Counted from the first letter of the stretch, positions 39,157-48,467 are shown. The stretch is 64,000 nucleotides of DNA from Candidatus Yanofskybacteria bacterium (GCA_903897805.1 CAIUCV010000005.1:2384-66383), one strand, 5' to 3'. Numbers and translations: made by a program. The notes: generated by a model from the letters alone, not told the origin.

Positions 39157-39531
39157 CTAAGCAAGGGTTGCTTTTTTAGCGCAGTCAAAACAGAACTTTG
39201 CTACTGGGACAACTTTAAGACGTTTTTGGTCAATGGGTGAAAGGCACTTTTCGCAGGTTCCGTAAGTGCCTTCGTCAATTTTTCTAAGAGTATCGTTTAT
39301 TTCATGCAGGCGCAACTCAAAGTTTTGTTCAACCGCCCTATCTTCCTCGTAATCGGTTATGCTATGCGCCTGTTCATCTAAAGTATCGCCCGGCTCGGAC
39401 TTATGGAAATGAGCCTGATAATCGTCTTCAACGGAAGGATTCTTAGTTGCAATGCGATTAAGCTCGGCCTCAAGGGTCTTCTTTTCTTCCAGTAAATCTT
39501 CCTTTAATTTTTTCACTTCATCTGGAGTCAT
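39157..39531 (-). CDS. TraR/DksA C4 zinc-finger protein
   Basis: Coiled coil, then GTYGTCEKC...RL...P.AKFCFDC. Confidence 0.9.
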   Translation of the reverse strand: MTPDEVKKLKEDLLEEKKTLEAELNRIATKNPSVEDDYQAHFHKSEPGDTLDEQAHSITDYEEDRAVEQNFELRLHEINDTLRKIDEGTYGTCEKCLSPIDQKRLKVVPVAKFCFDCAKKATLA

Positions 39532-39798
39532 GTTTTGAATTGAACAGGGATTATATCATAGGCATACGAAAAGTTGCAATACCCCTATTGCTTGTAAGAT
39601 TGGCAAAAGACGCAAAAAGGGCATTGATAAGGCCCAAAACAATGTTGCTTCAGGGCCCAATGCCCCCTCTGGCCCAAATGGGCCGAAAAAATTGCCAGTC
39701 ATTCCTGCAATGGATATTAAAATGGCTAGCACGACAAGGAACTGATATCATTTTAAATCTTCTGCAGATGATGGCAAGAGGGAACAGTGGATAACCGA

Positions 39799-39891
39799 AT
39801 GGTGTCGGCAATGATGTCGATGGTGTCAATGGTGTCGGCAATGGTGTCGGGACAGTCGCAAAAATGGTGTCGCACGATGCGACACCATTTT
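39799..39891. repeat. Cluster of ATGGTGTC motifs ending in a palindrome
   Basis: Five ATGGTGTC copies plus one ATGATGTC; ends in aaaatggtgtcgca-cga-tgcgacaccatttt. Confidence 0.8.
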
Positions 39892-39915
39892 TGACATCAT
39901 TCGTTCAGAAAACAC

Positions 39916-41265
39916 TTACTTTATCTTGTCAATAATAGAGTACGTCTGTTCCCTGGAATTCGTGATAACAAGAAAGGTCTCACCATTGCTTGCCGTAACA
40001 ATAGCGTAGTCCGTAGTTTTGTTAGGATCGGGAAAATTCCTATACCTTATTACTACGCCGTTATAGGTATTATCCAGGAAGGTGGTTGAGGCCGCTTTGG
40101 CCGGGTTAAGAAGGAAAATATCCTTTAGCCCTTGCGTTATCGTTCCTTCCCAATTGCCCATAGCCGTAAAAGCCGCGGTGGGATCATTTAACTCTATAAG
40201 CAGACCGTAGCCGTTAACATTGTCCGACTTGTACAAAACCGACAGGTAAAAATTATCTTTGGCTGCCGCAATCAGTTCGGTGGGTGCTTGGATGAGAAGA
40301 CCGCCCAGGAATTCGCTAAGCGTGTACCCATTGCCGGTAGCGGGGTTTAAAATTTTATAGAGCGCCGGCTCCCTTGATGATATGAGCGATTCTTTGTTTA
40401 TGGAGTTGTCAAATCTGGTTATAAAATTTGCGCCAAGCGAAATACTAGCCGAATTAACGATAGAGAAGCTGTTTTCAATTGAAACCGGCGTCGGTGTTGG
40501 GGTGGCGGTGTAAGTCGGTGTCGGGCTGATTGCTATCTCCGGTGCTGAAGGTCCGCGCAGGACGAAAAACCAAACCAGAAACGCTACAACAGCTAACCCT
40601 CCCGCGAGCAAAACCAATCTTTTCCAGTTTACCCTACCGCCCATTGGCACGCTAAGTCCTGCCGGTTTTGTCGCGGGACCAGCTGGCGGAATCGTAGGCA
40701 TCGAAGGAAAGGATGGAAGCTTGGTGCTAGGAAGCGACCTCGATTTCTCAAGCTCTCCAAGTCTAACTTCTTGAGCCGGCCTTGGCGGCATTATGATTTT
40801 AGGACCAGGGGCTCCTACTGGAGGAGGCGTTACGTCCTTTTCCGACTGTTTTTCTACCTGAAAACCGGTGGGCGCCTGCCCCTTTTTAATAGCGGTTATG
40901 TCTTCCTGCATTGTCCTGATTGAGGATTTGAAAACGGGTGGCGCTCCCGGCATTTCTGTCTTTGGCGGAGCTTGGACTGGTTTTATGTCCGGATTGGGTT
41001 GAGGTCCTTGCATGGGCGATCTGAGGAAGGGAGTGGGTGCCGGACTTATTCCTTCTTTTATGGGTAGATTAGGGGGAATAGGCCTGCCTGTCGGCGAGGC
41101 AGATCCTCCTGACGACGGGGTTGACCCCGTCAAATCCCGCAAGGTGGGAACCCCAAGGGGGTTATTTGACGGGGTTGACTGTGAGCCTGCCGGCGGTATC
41201 TTAATCTGCGGGCTTATTGGGCTCGCCGAACTTGGAGCATCCGAGAGCTTTGTTGGATCTGCCAT
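39916..41265 (-). CDS. Single-pass membrane protein with long Pro-rich disordered N-terminus
   Basis: Pro/Ser-rich region with SIRTMQED, TM helix, PT linker, folded C-terminal domain. Confidence 0.8.
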   Translation of the reverse strand: MADPTKLSDAPSSASPISPQIKIPPAGSQSTPSNNPLGVPTLRDLTGSTPSSGGSASPTGRPIPPNLPIKEGISPAPTPFLRSPMQGPQPNPDIKPVQAPPKTEMPGAPPVFKSSIRTMQEDITAIKKGQAPTGFQVEKQSEKDVTPPPVGAPGPKIIMPPRPAQEVRLGELEKSRSLPSTKLPSFPSMPTIPPAGPATKPAGLSVPMGGRVNWKRLVLLAGGLAVVAFLVWFFVLRGPSAPEIAISPTPTYTATPTPTPVSIENSFSIVNSASISLGANFITRFDNSINKESLISSREPALYKILNPATGNGYTLSEFLGGLLIQAPTELIAAAKDNFYLSVLYKSDNVNGYGLLIELNDPTAAFTAMGNWEGTITQGLKDIFLLNPAKAASTTFLDNTYNGVVIRYRNFPDPNKTTDYAIVTASNGETFLVITNSREQTYSIIDKIK

Positions 41266-41344
41266 TTAAGATTGGGTCCTTGGTTTATTTTTTTAGTTTT
41301 TAGAAAGCACTATTTCTAAAACCCAAAATCTAAACCTAAAACCT

Positions 41345-43453
41345 CTATTTCATTGTCAAATTAATTCTACCATAGTCATCTATATTTTTCACACGGACAT
41401 GGACAACTTGGCCGATTTTTAGAACGTCGGACAGACGACCAATGCGTTCCTTGGATATTTCGGAAACGTGGACCAGCCCTTCTTTGCCAGGTAAATACTC
41501 AACCATAGCGCCAAAATCGAGCAATCTGGAGACCTTGCCGTCAAATTCATCTCCCGGCTTGGCTTCGTAGGTGGAGTTTCTTATTAGAGCGATTGCTTTT
41601 TCCATATTTTCCGGCTTGTCAGAAGTTATGAACACCGAACCGTCATCCTCAATATCTATCTCCGCGCCGGTTTGTTCTATTATCTCATTGATGTTTTTTC
41701 CCTGAGGACCTATGAGTGCCCCGATTTTCTCCGGGTTTATCTTGATGATTTGTACTCTCGGGGCGTAGGGTGACAATTCTTTCCGGGGAGCAGGGATGGC
41801 CTTGGCCATAACTTCGAGAATTTCTAGCCGTGCCTTTTTAGCTTGTGTTAGGGCTTCTTTGAGGATTTTTTCGTTTATGCCCTCAACCTTTACGTCCATT
41901 TGTATTGCGGTCACCCCGTCTTTAGTACCGGCAACTTTCAAATCCATATCCCCGTGGTGGTCTTCGGGGCCTTGAATATCGGTCAGGATTTTATACTTGT
42001 CACCTTTCTCATCAAACATCAAGCCCATCGCGATTCCGGCAGCCGGCGCTTTCACCGGAACTCCGCCGTCCATCAGGGCAAGCGACGAACCGCAGACAGA
42101 AGCCATTGACGACGAGCCATTGGAAGAAAGGATTTCCGATACTAAGCGTATTGTATATGGGAAGTCATCTTTGCTCGGGATGAGCGGTTCCAAAGCCCTT
42201 TCGGCTAGCGCTCCGTGTCCTATTTCACGCCTGCCACCGCTGCCCATTCGCCCGGTTTCGCCGACGCAAAATGGCGGAAAAACATAATGGTGCATAAACC
42301 GTTTTTTGGTAAGCTCTATCTCCATCGTCTCAACCCACTGTTCCATGCCCGGGGCGGCCAGAGTTAAACTGGTAAGCGCTTGGGTAGTACCCCTGTTGAA
42401 CAATCCCGTCCCATGCGAGTGGGGAAGAATGCCAATCTCCGCCGTAATTTCTCTTAGTTCGTCAATTTTCCTGCCATCGGGTCTTTTCTCCGATTCAAGA
42501 ATATTTTTGTGGACTATGCGGTTTATTTCTTCTTCAAAAATAAGTTTGGCTTCGGCCAGTTTTTTATCAATGTCGGGGTGTGCCGCGAACTCCGTTTTTA
42601 AGAATTCGTCCAATTCACCCTCAATCCTATCAAGGCCCTCAATATATTCATGTTTGTGGGGGGTATATAGAACTTTCTCAAGTTTGGGAGAGACAAAATC
42701 TCTTACAATTTTGGCAATTGCTTCATCGCGGGCCGGTCCTCCGAGCTCTTTTTTACTTGGCGACAATTCTTTGGCTATCTTTTTCTGCAGTTTTATCAAT
42801 CCCCGAAGCTCGTCCAACGCATATACGGAGGCCTTGACGATATCTTCTTCGGACACGATCTTGGCACCGGCCTCAATCATGTTGATTTTATTTTCCGTGC
42901 CGGCGACGACTATATCAAAATCGCTTTGCAACCTTTCTTCGTACGTGGGATTGATTATCAATTTGCCGTTGACGCGGCCAACTCTGGCGGCGGCTATCGG
43001 ACCGTCAAAAGGAATGTTGGAAATCATAAGGGCTAACGATGCGCCGAAAAGCGCCGGGATGTCCGGGTCGTTGATGCCGTCAAAAGAAAGCACCATGGCC
43101 ACTACTTGGATGTCATTGCGGATGTTTTGGTTAAAGCGCGGCCTTAGAGAACGGTCAATCAGGCGCGAGGTTAAAATGGCCTCATCCGAAGGTCTGGTTT
43201 CGCGCTTTATCCATTTAGAACCCTTTATTTTCCCGGCGGCGTAATATTTTTCCTCGTAATCAACCGAGAGGGGAAAGTAGCTGGTGCCCTCTTTCGGCTC
43301 TTTGGCCGCCGTGGCAGTAGCCAAAACAGTTGTCTCGCCGTATTGCACGCGGCAGGAACCATTTGCCTGGCCGGCAAGGCGGCCAATTTCAACGAAGAGC
43401 GGTTTTCCCGCAAATTCTGCAGAGTATGTCTTTATTGCCATTTTTCCGGACAA
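41345..43453 (-). CDS. pnp: Polyribonucleotide nucleotidyltransferase
   Basis: FPLSVDY, RLIDRSLRP, RREIGHG, SNGSSSMASVC, GDMDLKVAGT, KH and S1 domains. Confidence 0.97.
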   Translation of the reverse strand: MSGKMAIKTYSAEFAGKPLFVEIGRLAGQANGSCRVQYGETTVLATATAAKEPKEGTSYFPLSVDYEEKYYAAGKIKGSKWIKRETRPSDEAILTSRLIDRSLRPRFNQNIRNDIQVVAMVLSFDGINDPDIPALFGASLALMISNIPFDGPIAAARVGRVNGKLIINPTYEERLQSDFDIVVAGTENKINMIEAGAKIVSEEDIVKASVYALDELRGLIKLQKKIAKELSPSKKELGGPARDEAIAKIVRDFVSPKLEKVLYTPHKHEYIEGLDRIEGELDEFLKTEFAAHPDIDKKLAEAKLIFEEEINRIVHKNILESEKRPDGRKIDELREITAEIGILPHSHGTGLFNRGTTQALTSLTLAAPGMEQWVETMEIELTKKRFMHHYVFPPFCVGETGRMGSGGRREIGHGALAERALEPLIPSKDDFPYTIRLVSEILSSNGSSSMASVCGSSLALMDGGVPVKAPAAGIAMGLMFDEKGDKYKILTDIQGPEDHHGDMDLKVAGTKDGVTAIQMDVKVEGINEKILKEALTQAKKARLEILEVMAKAIPAPRKELSPYAPRVQIIKINPEKIGALIGPQGKNINEIIEQTGAEIDIEDDGSVFITSDKPENMEKAIALIRNSTYEAKPGDEFDGKVSRLLDFGAMVEYLPGKEGLVHVSEISKERIGRLSDVLKIGQVVHVRVKNIDDYGRINLTMK

Positions 43454-43476
43454 TTAAATAGAAGAGGGGAGTAACT

Positions 43477-43604
43477 ATCCGAAATTTCTAATTCCTAATT
43501 CCTAATTTCTAAACAAATCCCAAGTACCAAGTCCCAAACAGTTTTAGAAATTTGGACATTGGAATTTAGAATTTGTTTAGAATTTTGGATTTAGTATTTC
43601 GGAT
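43477..43604. repeat. Palindromic element built from 7-bp repeats
   Basis: Ends atccgaaat/atttcggat; (ttcctaa)n arm mirrored by a (ttagaat)n arm. Confidence 0.75.
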
Positions 43605-43655
43605 TTCCGGTGCGTAGCACCGGCCGTTCCTCTCCGCTGGCTATTTAGTTGTCAA

Positions 43656-44186
43656 TTAATAAATTAAAAACTTTTTAGGGTCGTCTCCAAGGTCGGTGAA
43701 AACATCCACGGCTTCTTTAAGTTTGGCCGAAGTTGAGCGGCCGAAAGATACCACTTCCACCTTCAATCCTTTGGAGATGTGGAGATATTCAACCAAGGGA
43801 ATAAAGTCGCCATCCCCGCTCATTATGATGGCGACATCAATTTTGTCGGCCAAAATAACAGCATCTATTGCCAAACCGACATCCCAATCAGCCTTTTTCA
43901 TCCCGCCGGGAAAGATCTGCAAGTCCTTTTCCTTTATTTCAAACCCGCCCTTCTCAAGCGCCTCAACGAATGCTTTTTCTTCCCCGCTTTCTGTCCTGAT
44001 GACGTAAATAAAAGCGCGTATCAGGCGTCTTTTGCCCACGGCGGATTCAAGCACCTTTTTGAAATTGACCTTGGCATGGTAAAGGTTCTTGGCGGAATGG
44101 TACATATTCTGGGCGTCAACAAAAACTCCCACCCTTTGGTGCTGGGAGGTTATTTCCGGGTTTTTTTGTCTTTTCTTTTCCAACAT
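43656..44186 (-). CDS. NYN domain protein (LabA/DUF88, PIN-like)
   Basis: VFVDAQN, KKADWDVGLAID, SGDGDF, L...VDVF. Confidence 0.92.
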   Translation of the reverse strand: MLEKKRQKNPEITSQHQRVGVFVDAQNMYHSAKNLYHAKVNFKKVLESAVGKRRLIRAFIYVIRTESGEEKAFVEALEKGGFEIKEKDLQIFPGGMKKADWDVGLAIDAVILADKIDVAIIMSGDGDFIPLVEYLHISKGLKVEVVSFGRSTSAKLKEAVDVFTDLGDDPKKFLIY

Positions 44187-44191
44187 AGCCG

Positions 44192-44458
44192 TTATCTCTT
44201 GAGATCCAGTTCCTTGATGATCTTTGCGTATCTGGACGGGGCCTCTTTTTTCAGATAATCCAAGAGCCGTTTGCGCTTGGCCACCATCTTCAAAAGACCG
44301 GTACGAGAACTGTTGTCCTTTGAATGCTTCTTAAGATGCTTAGCCAGGGCCTCAATTTCTTCTGTAAATAAAGCAATCTGGACCTCCGATGAGCCGGTGT
44401 CGCCCTCATGCGTGGCGTGTTTGGTCACAACCTTCTGTTTTTGTTTGGGGTTTAACAT
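44192..44458 (-). CDS. rpsO: 30S ribosomal protein S15
   Basis: DTGSSEVQIALFT...HLKKH.KD..SR.GL; start moved to ATG 44458. Confidence 0.97.
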   Translation of the reverse strand: MLNPKQKQKVVTKHATHEGDTGSSEVQIALFTEEIEALAKHLKKHSKDNSSRTGLLKMVAKRKRLLDYLKKEAPSRYAKIIKELDLKR

Positions 44459-44465
44459 CGAACTT

Positions 44466-44516
44466 ATAATAGCATAAACCGTACCCCCTTGCAATTTTTA
44501 TCGGCCGTGCTAGGAT
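44466..44516. promoter_or_regulatory. Divergent sigma70 promoters sharing a palindromic -35 (TTGCAA)
   Basis: Minus strand TTGCAA-17-TATTAT before rpsO; plus strand TTGCAA-16-TAGGAT; both have an extended TG. Confidence 0.6.
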
Positions 44517-44521
44517 AAGGA

Positions 44522-44741
44522 CGACGGCGATACGATTCACCGCCGGTAGCACCCGCCGACCATAACCAGTCGGCCGGCCAAACAGTCCGCGGGACTTTGT
44601 GTCTCCGGGGCTCGCTCTTTGTACCGCTGGCACATGAGGGATAAATGCCAGTGCCGTACGACCATTCTGTGACCTGCAGACCCTCGTAGTACCTCTCAGG
44701 ACCGAATCCTTTCTCCCTCACCGGATTCGGTCTTTTATTTT
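44522..44741 (+). ncRNA. Candidate structured non-coding RNA
   Basis: Between a promoter and terminator gaccgaatcc/ggattcggtc plus T tract; GC-rich with several stems; no credible ORF. Confidence 0.45.
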
Positions 44742-44807
44742 TGCCAAAGATTTGCCAAGCGGCTCAGTCATGTCGCAAAATATAGCCCCTGTGGTAAAAT
44801 AAAGGCG

Positions 44808-45731
44808 ATGACCGTAAAAGACCTCAAATCACAATTTCTGGAATATATGGAAATAGAAAAGAACCGTTCGCCGAAAACGATTGAGAATTATAACCATTAC
44901 CTGACCCGCTTTATCAGTTTCGCCAAAGTTGAAAATCCGAGAGACATTACGGAGGAAACCATCCGCAAATACCGCCTCACACTTAATAGGACGACGGACG
45001 AGCGGGGGAAACCCCTGAAGAAGGTTACTCAAAATTACCACGTCATTGCCCTGCGGTCATTTCTAAAATATCTTGCCAAGCGCGACATCAGAGTCGTCCC
45101 TGCCGAGAAGATTGAGCTGGGCAAGCAGGAAGAGCGGGAAGTTGTTTTTTTGGAATCATCGGAACTGGAAAGGTTTTTGCGCGCACCGCAAGGGGAGACC
45201 TTAAGCAACCTCCGTGACCGGGCGATCTTGGAGACGCTTTTTTCAACCGGCCTGCGCGTGTCGGAACTGTGCTCGCTGGATCAGGACGATATTGACTTGA
45301 AGAGGGGAGAGTTTTCGGTTAGGGGGAAGGGGAGCAAATTGCGTATGGTTTTTTTGTCCGAACAGTCAAAGACGGCAATCTCAAGCTATTTAGACAAGCG
45401 GCAGGACGCTGACGAAGCGCTGTTTATCCGCGTGCCCCGCAATGAGCGTTTTGAAAAATATGAGGAATTGCGCCTTACGCCGCGCAGCGTTCAGAGGATT
45501 GTAAAAAAGTATGCCATTGCCGCCGGTATCGTCGGTAAAAAAGTCAGCCCTCATAGTTTGCGCCACTCCTTTGCCACAGATTTATTGCGAAACGGCGCGG
45601 ACATCCGCTCGGTGCAGGCCTTGCTCGGCCACTCCTCCATCACCACGACCCAGATTTATACCCACGTAACCGATAAACAACTCCGGGAAATTCATCAAAA
45701 GTTTCACGGCAAAACAAAAACCGCTCAATAG
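44808..45731 (+). CDS. XerC/XerD-family tyrosine recombinase
   Basis: N-terminal SAM-like domain; RDRAIL..LFSTGLRVSEL, GKGSK, HSLRHSFAT, LLGH, TTQIYTH. Confidence 0.93.
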   Translation: MTVKDLKSQFLEYMEIEKNRSPKTIENYNHYLTRFISFAKVENPRDITEETIRKYRLTLNRTTDERGKPLKKVTQNYHVIALRSFLKYLAKRDIRVVPAEKIELGKQEEREVVFLESSELERFLRAPQGETLSNLRDRAILETLFSTGLRVSELCSLDQDDIDLKRGEFSVRGKGSKLRMVFLSEQSKTAISSYLDKRQDADEALFIRVPRNERFEKYEELRLTPRSVQRIVKKYAIAAGIVGKKVSPHSLRHSFATDLLRNGADIRSVQALLGHSSITTTQIYTHVTDKQLREIHQKFHGKTKTAQ

Positions 45732-45766
45732 GGCGGTTCTGAAAAAGAACTATTTACTAACCCATG

Positions 45767-46723
45767 CTACTTTGGCTTACCACCTGCTTGTCCCGGGTCG
45801 CGGGAGATAGGAGCTGTAGCTGAGGGAGGGCTGGAAGACGATATGGTTCCGGAAGTCCCGGCAGAAGTGGCAGGAACCGTTGCGTAGCCAAGATTGGGAT
45901 TGTAGGTAGGAGTTATAACGCTGCTGCCCGGTGGGGTCGACCTAAATACAGTCACTGCACTCATCGGGTTCCAATAACAATCGCCGTAAAAACCGCAGTA
46001 ATTCCTAAAGGGGAGATAAGCCATCATACCGAAGTAGGGATCCCATAGCCAATCGCTGTATCTCCAAGACGTTAACATTCGCCCACCATAGATTGACCTT
46101 GCCGCGGATAAGCTTGCCATGGCCAGGTATCCTGCCCGCCGACGGCTCCATAGGGAAAGATCATCCTCTATCTTTACATTGAATTTTCCTACAGTGAGAG
46201 CGCCGTTAAAGTTAACTTGTTTTCCTTTCCCCGCAAAAATAGTTTTGCCCCCGAATTCTACTTTTGCTTTACCTTTGTAAACTTGAAATCTGGTCAAGTC
46301 GGCATCCAGTCGATATAGACCGTTTTTCAGTAAATACGCAGTCATATTCTTGCATCTAAGAACGACGACATTATTTTTGGTATTCTCAACGTATTCCACA
46401 ATGATTGAGCCGCTCCGGAGTTCCAGCTCGGTGTTCAGTAGTTTGCTTGAAACGACTCGCAAATCACTATTTTCGCCCATACGCAGAAACAGCCCCGGAC
46501 CAAACAGCATTTCGACCCGTCCTTGTCCGGTTTGGATTTGGTCACTGTCCTTAAATAGAGGGAAAACCCCGAACTTTGGTTCCAATAGCTGATTATTTAC
46601 CAAAACCTTGCCTTCAGTGTAATGAATTAAACCGCCCTTTGCCGGAATGACCTGTTGGGCAAATCCCACACTGCTGACCGCAAAGAAGAAAAGGGTAATG
46701 ATGTTGCTGGCAGTCCGTTTCAT
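45767..46723 (-). CDS. Secreted FecR-domain protein
   Basis: Signal peptide GFA|Q; IQTGQGRVEMLFGPGLFLRMGENS...LELRSGS...GLYRLD...VYKGKA.V. Confidence 0.8.
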   Translation of the reverse strand: MKRTASNIITLFFFAVSSVGFAQQVIPAKGGLIHYTEGKVLVNNQLLEPKFGVFPLFKDSDQIQTGQGRVEMLFGPGLFLRMGENSDLRVVSSKLLNTELELRSGSIIVEYVENTKNNVVVLRCKNMTAYLLKNGLYRLDADLTRFQVYKGKAKVEFGGKTIFAGKGKQVNFNGALTVGKFNVKIEDDLSLWSRRRAGYLAMASLSAARSIYGGRMLTSWRYSDWLWDPYFGMMAYLPFRNYCGFYGDCYWNPMSAVTVFRSTPPGSSVITPTYNPNLGYATVPATSAGTSGTISSSSPPSATAPISRDPGQAGGKPK

Positions 46724-46859
46724 ATTTCCTCCCGTTTTTAAAGACCGCCCTCAAATATTAGCCCCGCAAGAAGAAGGGGTCAAGCCATCAGGGACGGCTG
46801 GCGAAGTCATTTTTTATCGTTCCCACAAAATAAAACAGCCGTAACGGCCGTTTTAATTT

Positions 46860-47002
46860 GTGGAGATGTGGGCATTGAAGCCAACTGCTTGGCTTCAATC
46901 GGAATTTTAGCGAGGCCTCCGTGCCGAGCGGCTTAAAATCAGAATGATTTTAAGAAAAATTCAGGGAAGAACTTATCGCCCGAAGGGCGATTGTTCAACT
47001 CC
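46860..47002 (-). repeat. tmRNA-linked element with anti-T-loop and 3'-end duplicate
   Basis: 46993-47002 is inverted relative to 47082-47091; 46860-46872 repeats 47070-47082; hairpins in between. Confidence 0.75.
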
Positions 47003-47016
47003 GCAGCTTTGCTGCA

Positions 47017-47064
47017 ATAATAAAACAAAAAGCGTCCTTTAATGGGACGCCTTTTGTTTTATTA
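47017..47064 (-). terminator. Hairpin terminator after tmRNA
   Basis: taataaaacaaaaagcgtcc ... ggacgccttttgttttatta. Confidence 0.7.
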
Positions 47065-47070
47065 CCACAG

Positions 47071-47422
47071 TGGAGATGTGGGGAGTTGAACCCCAGTCTG
47101 GAAAATGATTTAAAATTGCACTACAAGTTTAGCCGGGTTGATTAGACTTCAGTTAAAAACCCGACAAAATAACCAAAGACCTATTTTGTATTTTTCGTGC
47201 TCTATCGCTAAAACATTGAAAAGGTGATAGGGCCTTATCCTGCTGATGACGCCCTGGTCCGGTTAGCAGAAATCACCGGGAGGACGCGCCTTAAGCGTAA
47301 GCTAGGGCGTAATTGCTGTTGTAATTGGCAATTATGATTTTGGGTAAATGATTTAAGTGGTGATTATCCATCCACTACTTGCGCAGATTTTAAAAGAAAT
47401 TCCATCGAAGCCGGTCATCCCC
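47071..47422 (-). ncRNA. ssrA: tmRNA
   Basis: 5' GGGGATGACCGGCTTCGA and 3' GGGGTTCAACTCCCCACATCTCCA with the G3-U alanine pair; tag frame ANYNSNYALAYA* at 47329-47291; directly after smpB. Confidence 0.95.
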
Positions 47423-47864
47423 GTTGTTTTAATGTTCTTTCTATTTTTCTTTGGGTTTCGCGCTCAATGATTTTCTCGCGTTTATCGCCTTTCTTTTTTC
47501 CTTGCCCGATGCCCACTTCAAGCTTTATCAAACCATTCTTATTATACAACTTAATTGGCACCAATGTCAATCCCTTCTCCTGCGATTTCCCGGTTAGATA
47601 ATTGAGCTCTTTCTTTTTCAAAAGCAATTTCCGGCTCCTTTGCTGGTCATAATTGGGCGGGACATTGCCGGCTTGGTAAGGCGAGACCGTTGCACCCAAA
47701 AGCCACGCTTCACTGTTCATAATTTTAACATACGCGCCCTTTATTGAGCACCTGCCGGCCCTGATTGATTTAACCTCGTGTCCGGTCAAAACCAGACCCG
47801 CTTCCAGCGTCTCCAAAATGTGATAATCAAAATGAGCTTTTGGGTTTGTGGCGTACGTTTGCAC
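47415..47864 (-). CDS. smpB: SsrA-binding protein
   Basis: NPKAHFDY, EAGLVLTGHEVKSIR, RKLLL, GLTLVP, GKK..DKRE. Confidence 0.97.
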   Translation of the reverse strand: MQTYATNPKAHFDYHILETLEAGLVLTGHEVKSIRAGRCSIKGAYVKIMNSEAWLLGATVSPYQAGNVPPNYDQQRSRKLLLKKKELNYLTGKSQEKGLTLVPIKLYNKNGLIKLEVGIGQGKKKGDKREKIIERETQRKIERTLKQRG

Positions 47865-47964
47865 CTCTAGATTATAGCACTTATCAACAATTTTTTATTG
47901 TAATAATTCCCAGTAACTTTATTATAAAATTGGAGAGTGGGTAATCGGATGCATTGAGAGGAGT

Positions 47965-48423
47965 TTGCCGAACATCATCGGCGGCGAATCAAAAAAATTC
48001 TTTTGTAAAAAGTTGGGAAGTAGTAACCGTACAAATTCTGGTCTAAAAAATCTAAAACAGAAATACGACAAATTAAAATGCTGGGGCATTCTGACTTCAA
48101 TTGATCTGTACGAATGCAAGCCGGAATCCATAAGGCAACCCAAAAAGATTAAAGAGTTTATCTTTAAGCTTTGCTCCGCAATAAAAATGAAAAGGTACGG
48201 TGCACCGATGATAAAGAAGTTTGGCGAGGGTGATTTGCTCGGCTATTCCGCCCTTCAGTTCATAGAAACGTCCTCCATAACCCTGCATTTTGATGAAACA
48301 AAAGACAGGGCTTTTATAGAAATTTTCAGCTGTAAATACTTTGAACCGGAAAGAGCGCGGCAATTTTGCCAGAAATTTTTGGGGTCAAAAAAATCAAAAC
48401 TGCGTTATTATTTGAGACATTAA
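47965..48423 (+). CDS. speD: S-adenosylmethionine decarboxylase proenzyme family protein
   Basis: WGILTSIDLYEC, GYSALQFIETSSITLHF, IEIFSCK; start uncertain. Confidence 0.8.
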   Translation: MPNIIGGESKKFFCKKLGSSNRTNSGLKNLKQKYDKLKCWGILTSIDLYECKPESIRQPKKIKEFIFKLCSAIKMKRYGAPMIKKFGEGDLLGYSALQFIETSSITLHFDETKDRAFIEIFSCKYFEPERARQFCQKFLGSKKSKLRYYLRH

Positions 48424-48467
48424 AAACAGCCCCACTAAGGCGGGACTGTTTTTTAGTTACTAAAATT

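Noticed and set aside
39799-39891. CRISPR array
   Set aside because: Repeat units are 8-12 bp with no 25-40 bp unique spacers, and no cas genes are in the window.
42306-43244. 312-aa plus-strand ORF (and similar ones such as 7235..8008)
   Set aside because: Shadow ORFs antisense to pnp and pilB, with no protein-like motifs.
44808-47082. Integrative element at tmRNA with the Xer gene as integrase
   Set aside because: The duplicated tmRNA end encloses only about 200 bp and excludes the recombinase, which looks like a housekeeping XerC/D.
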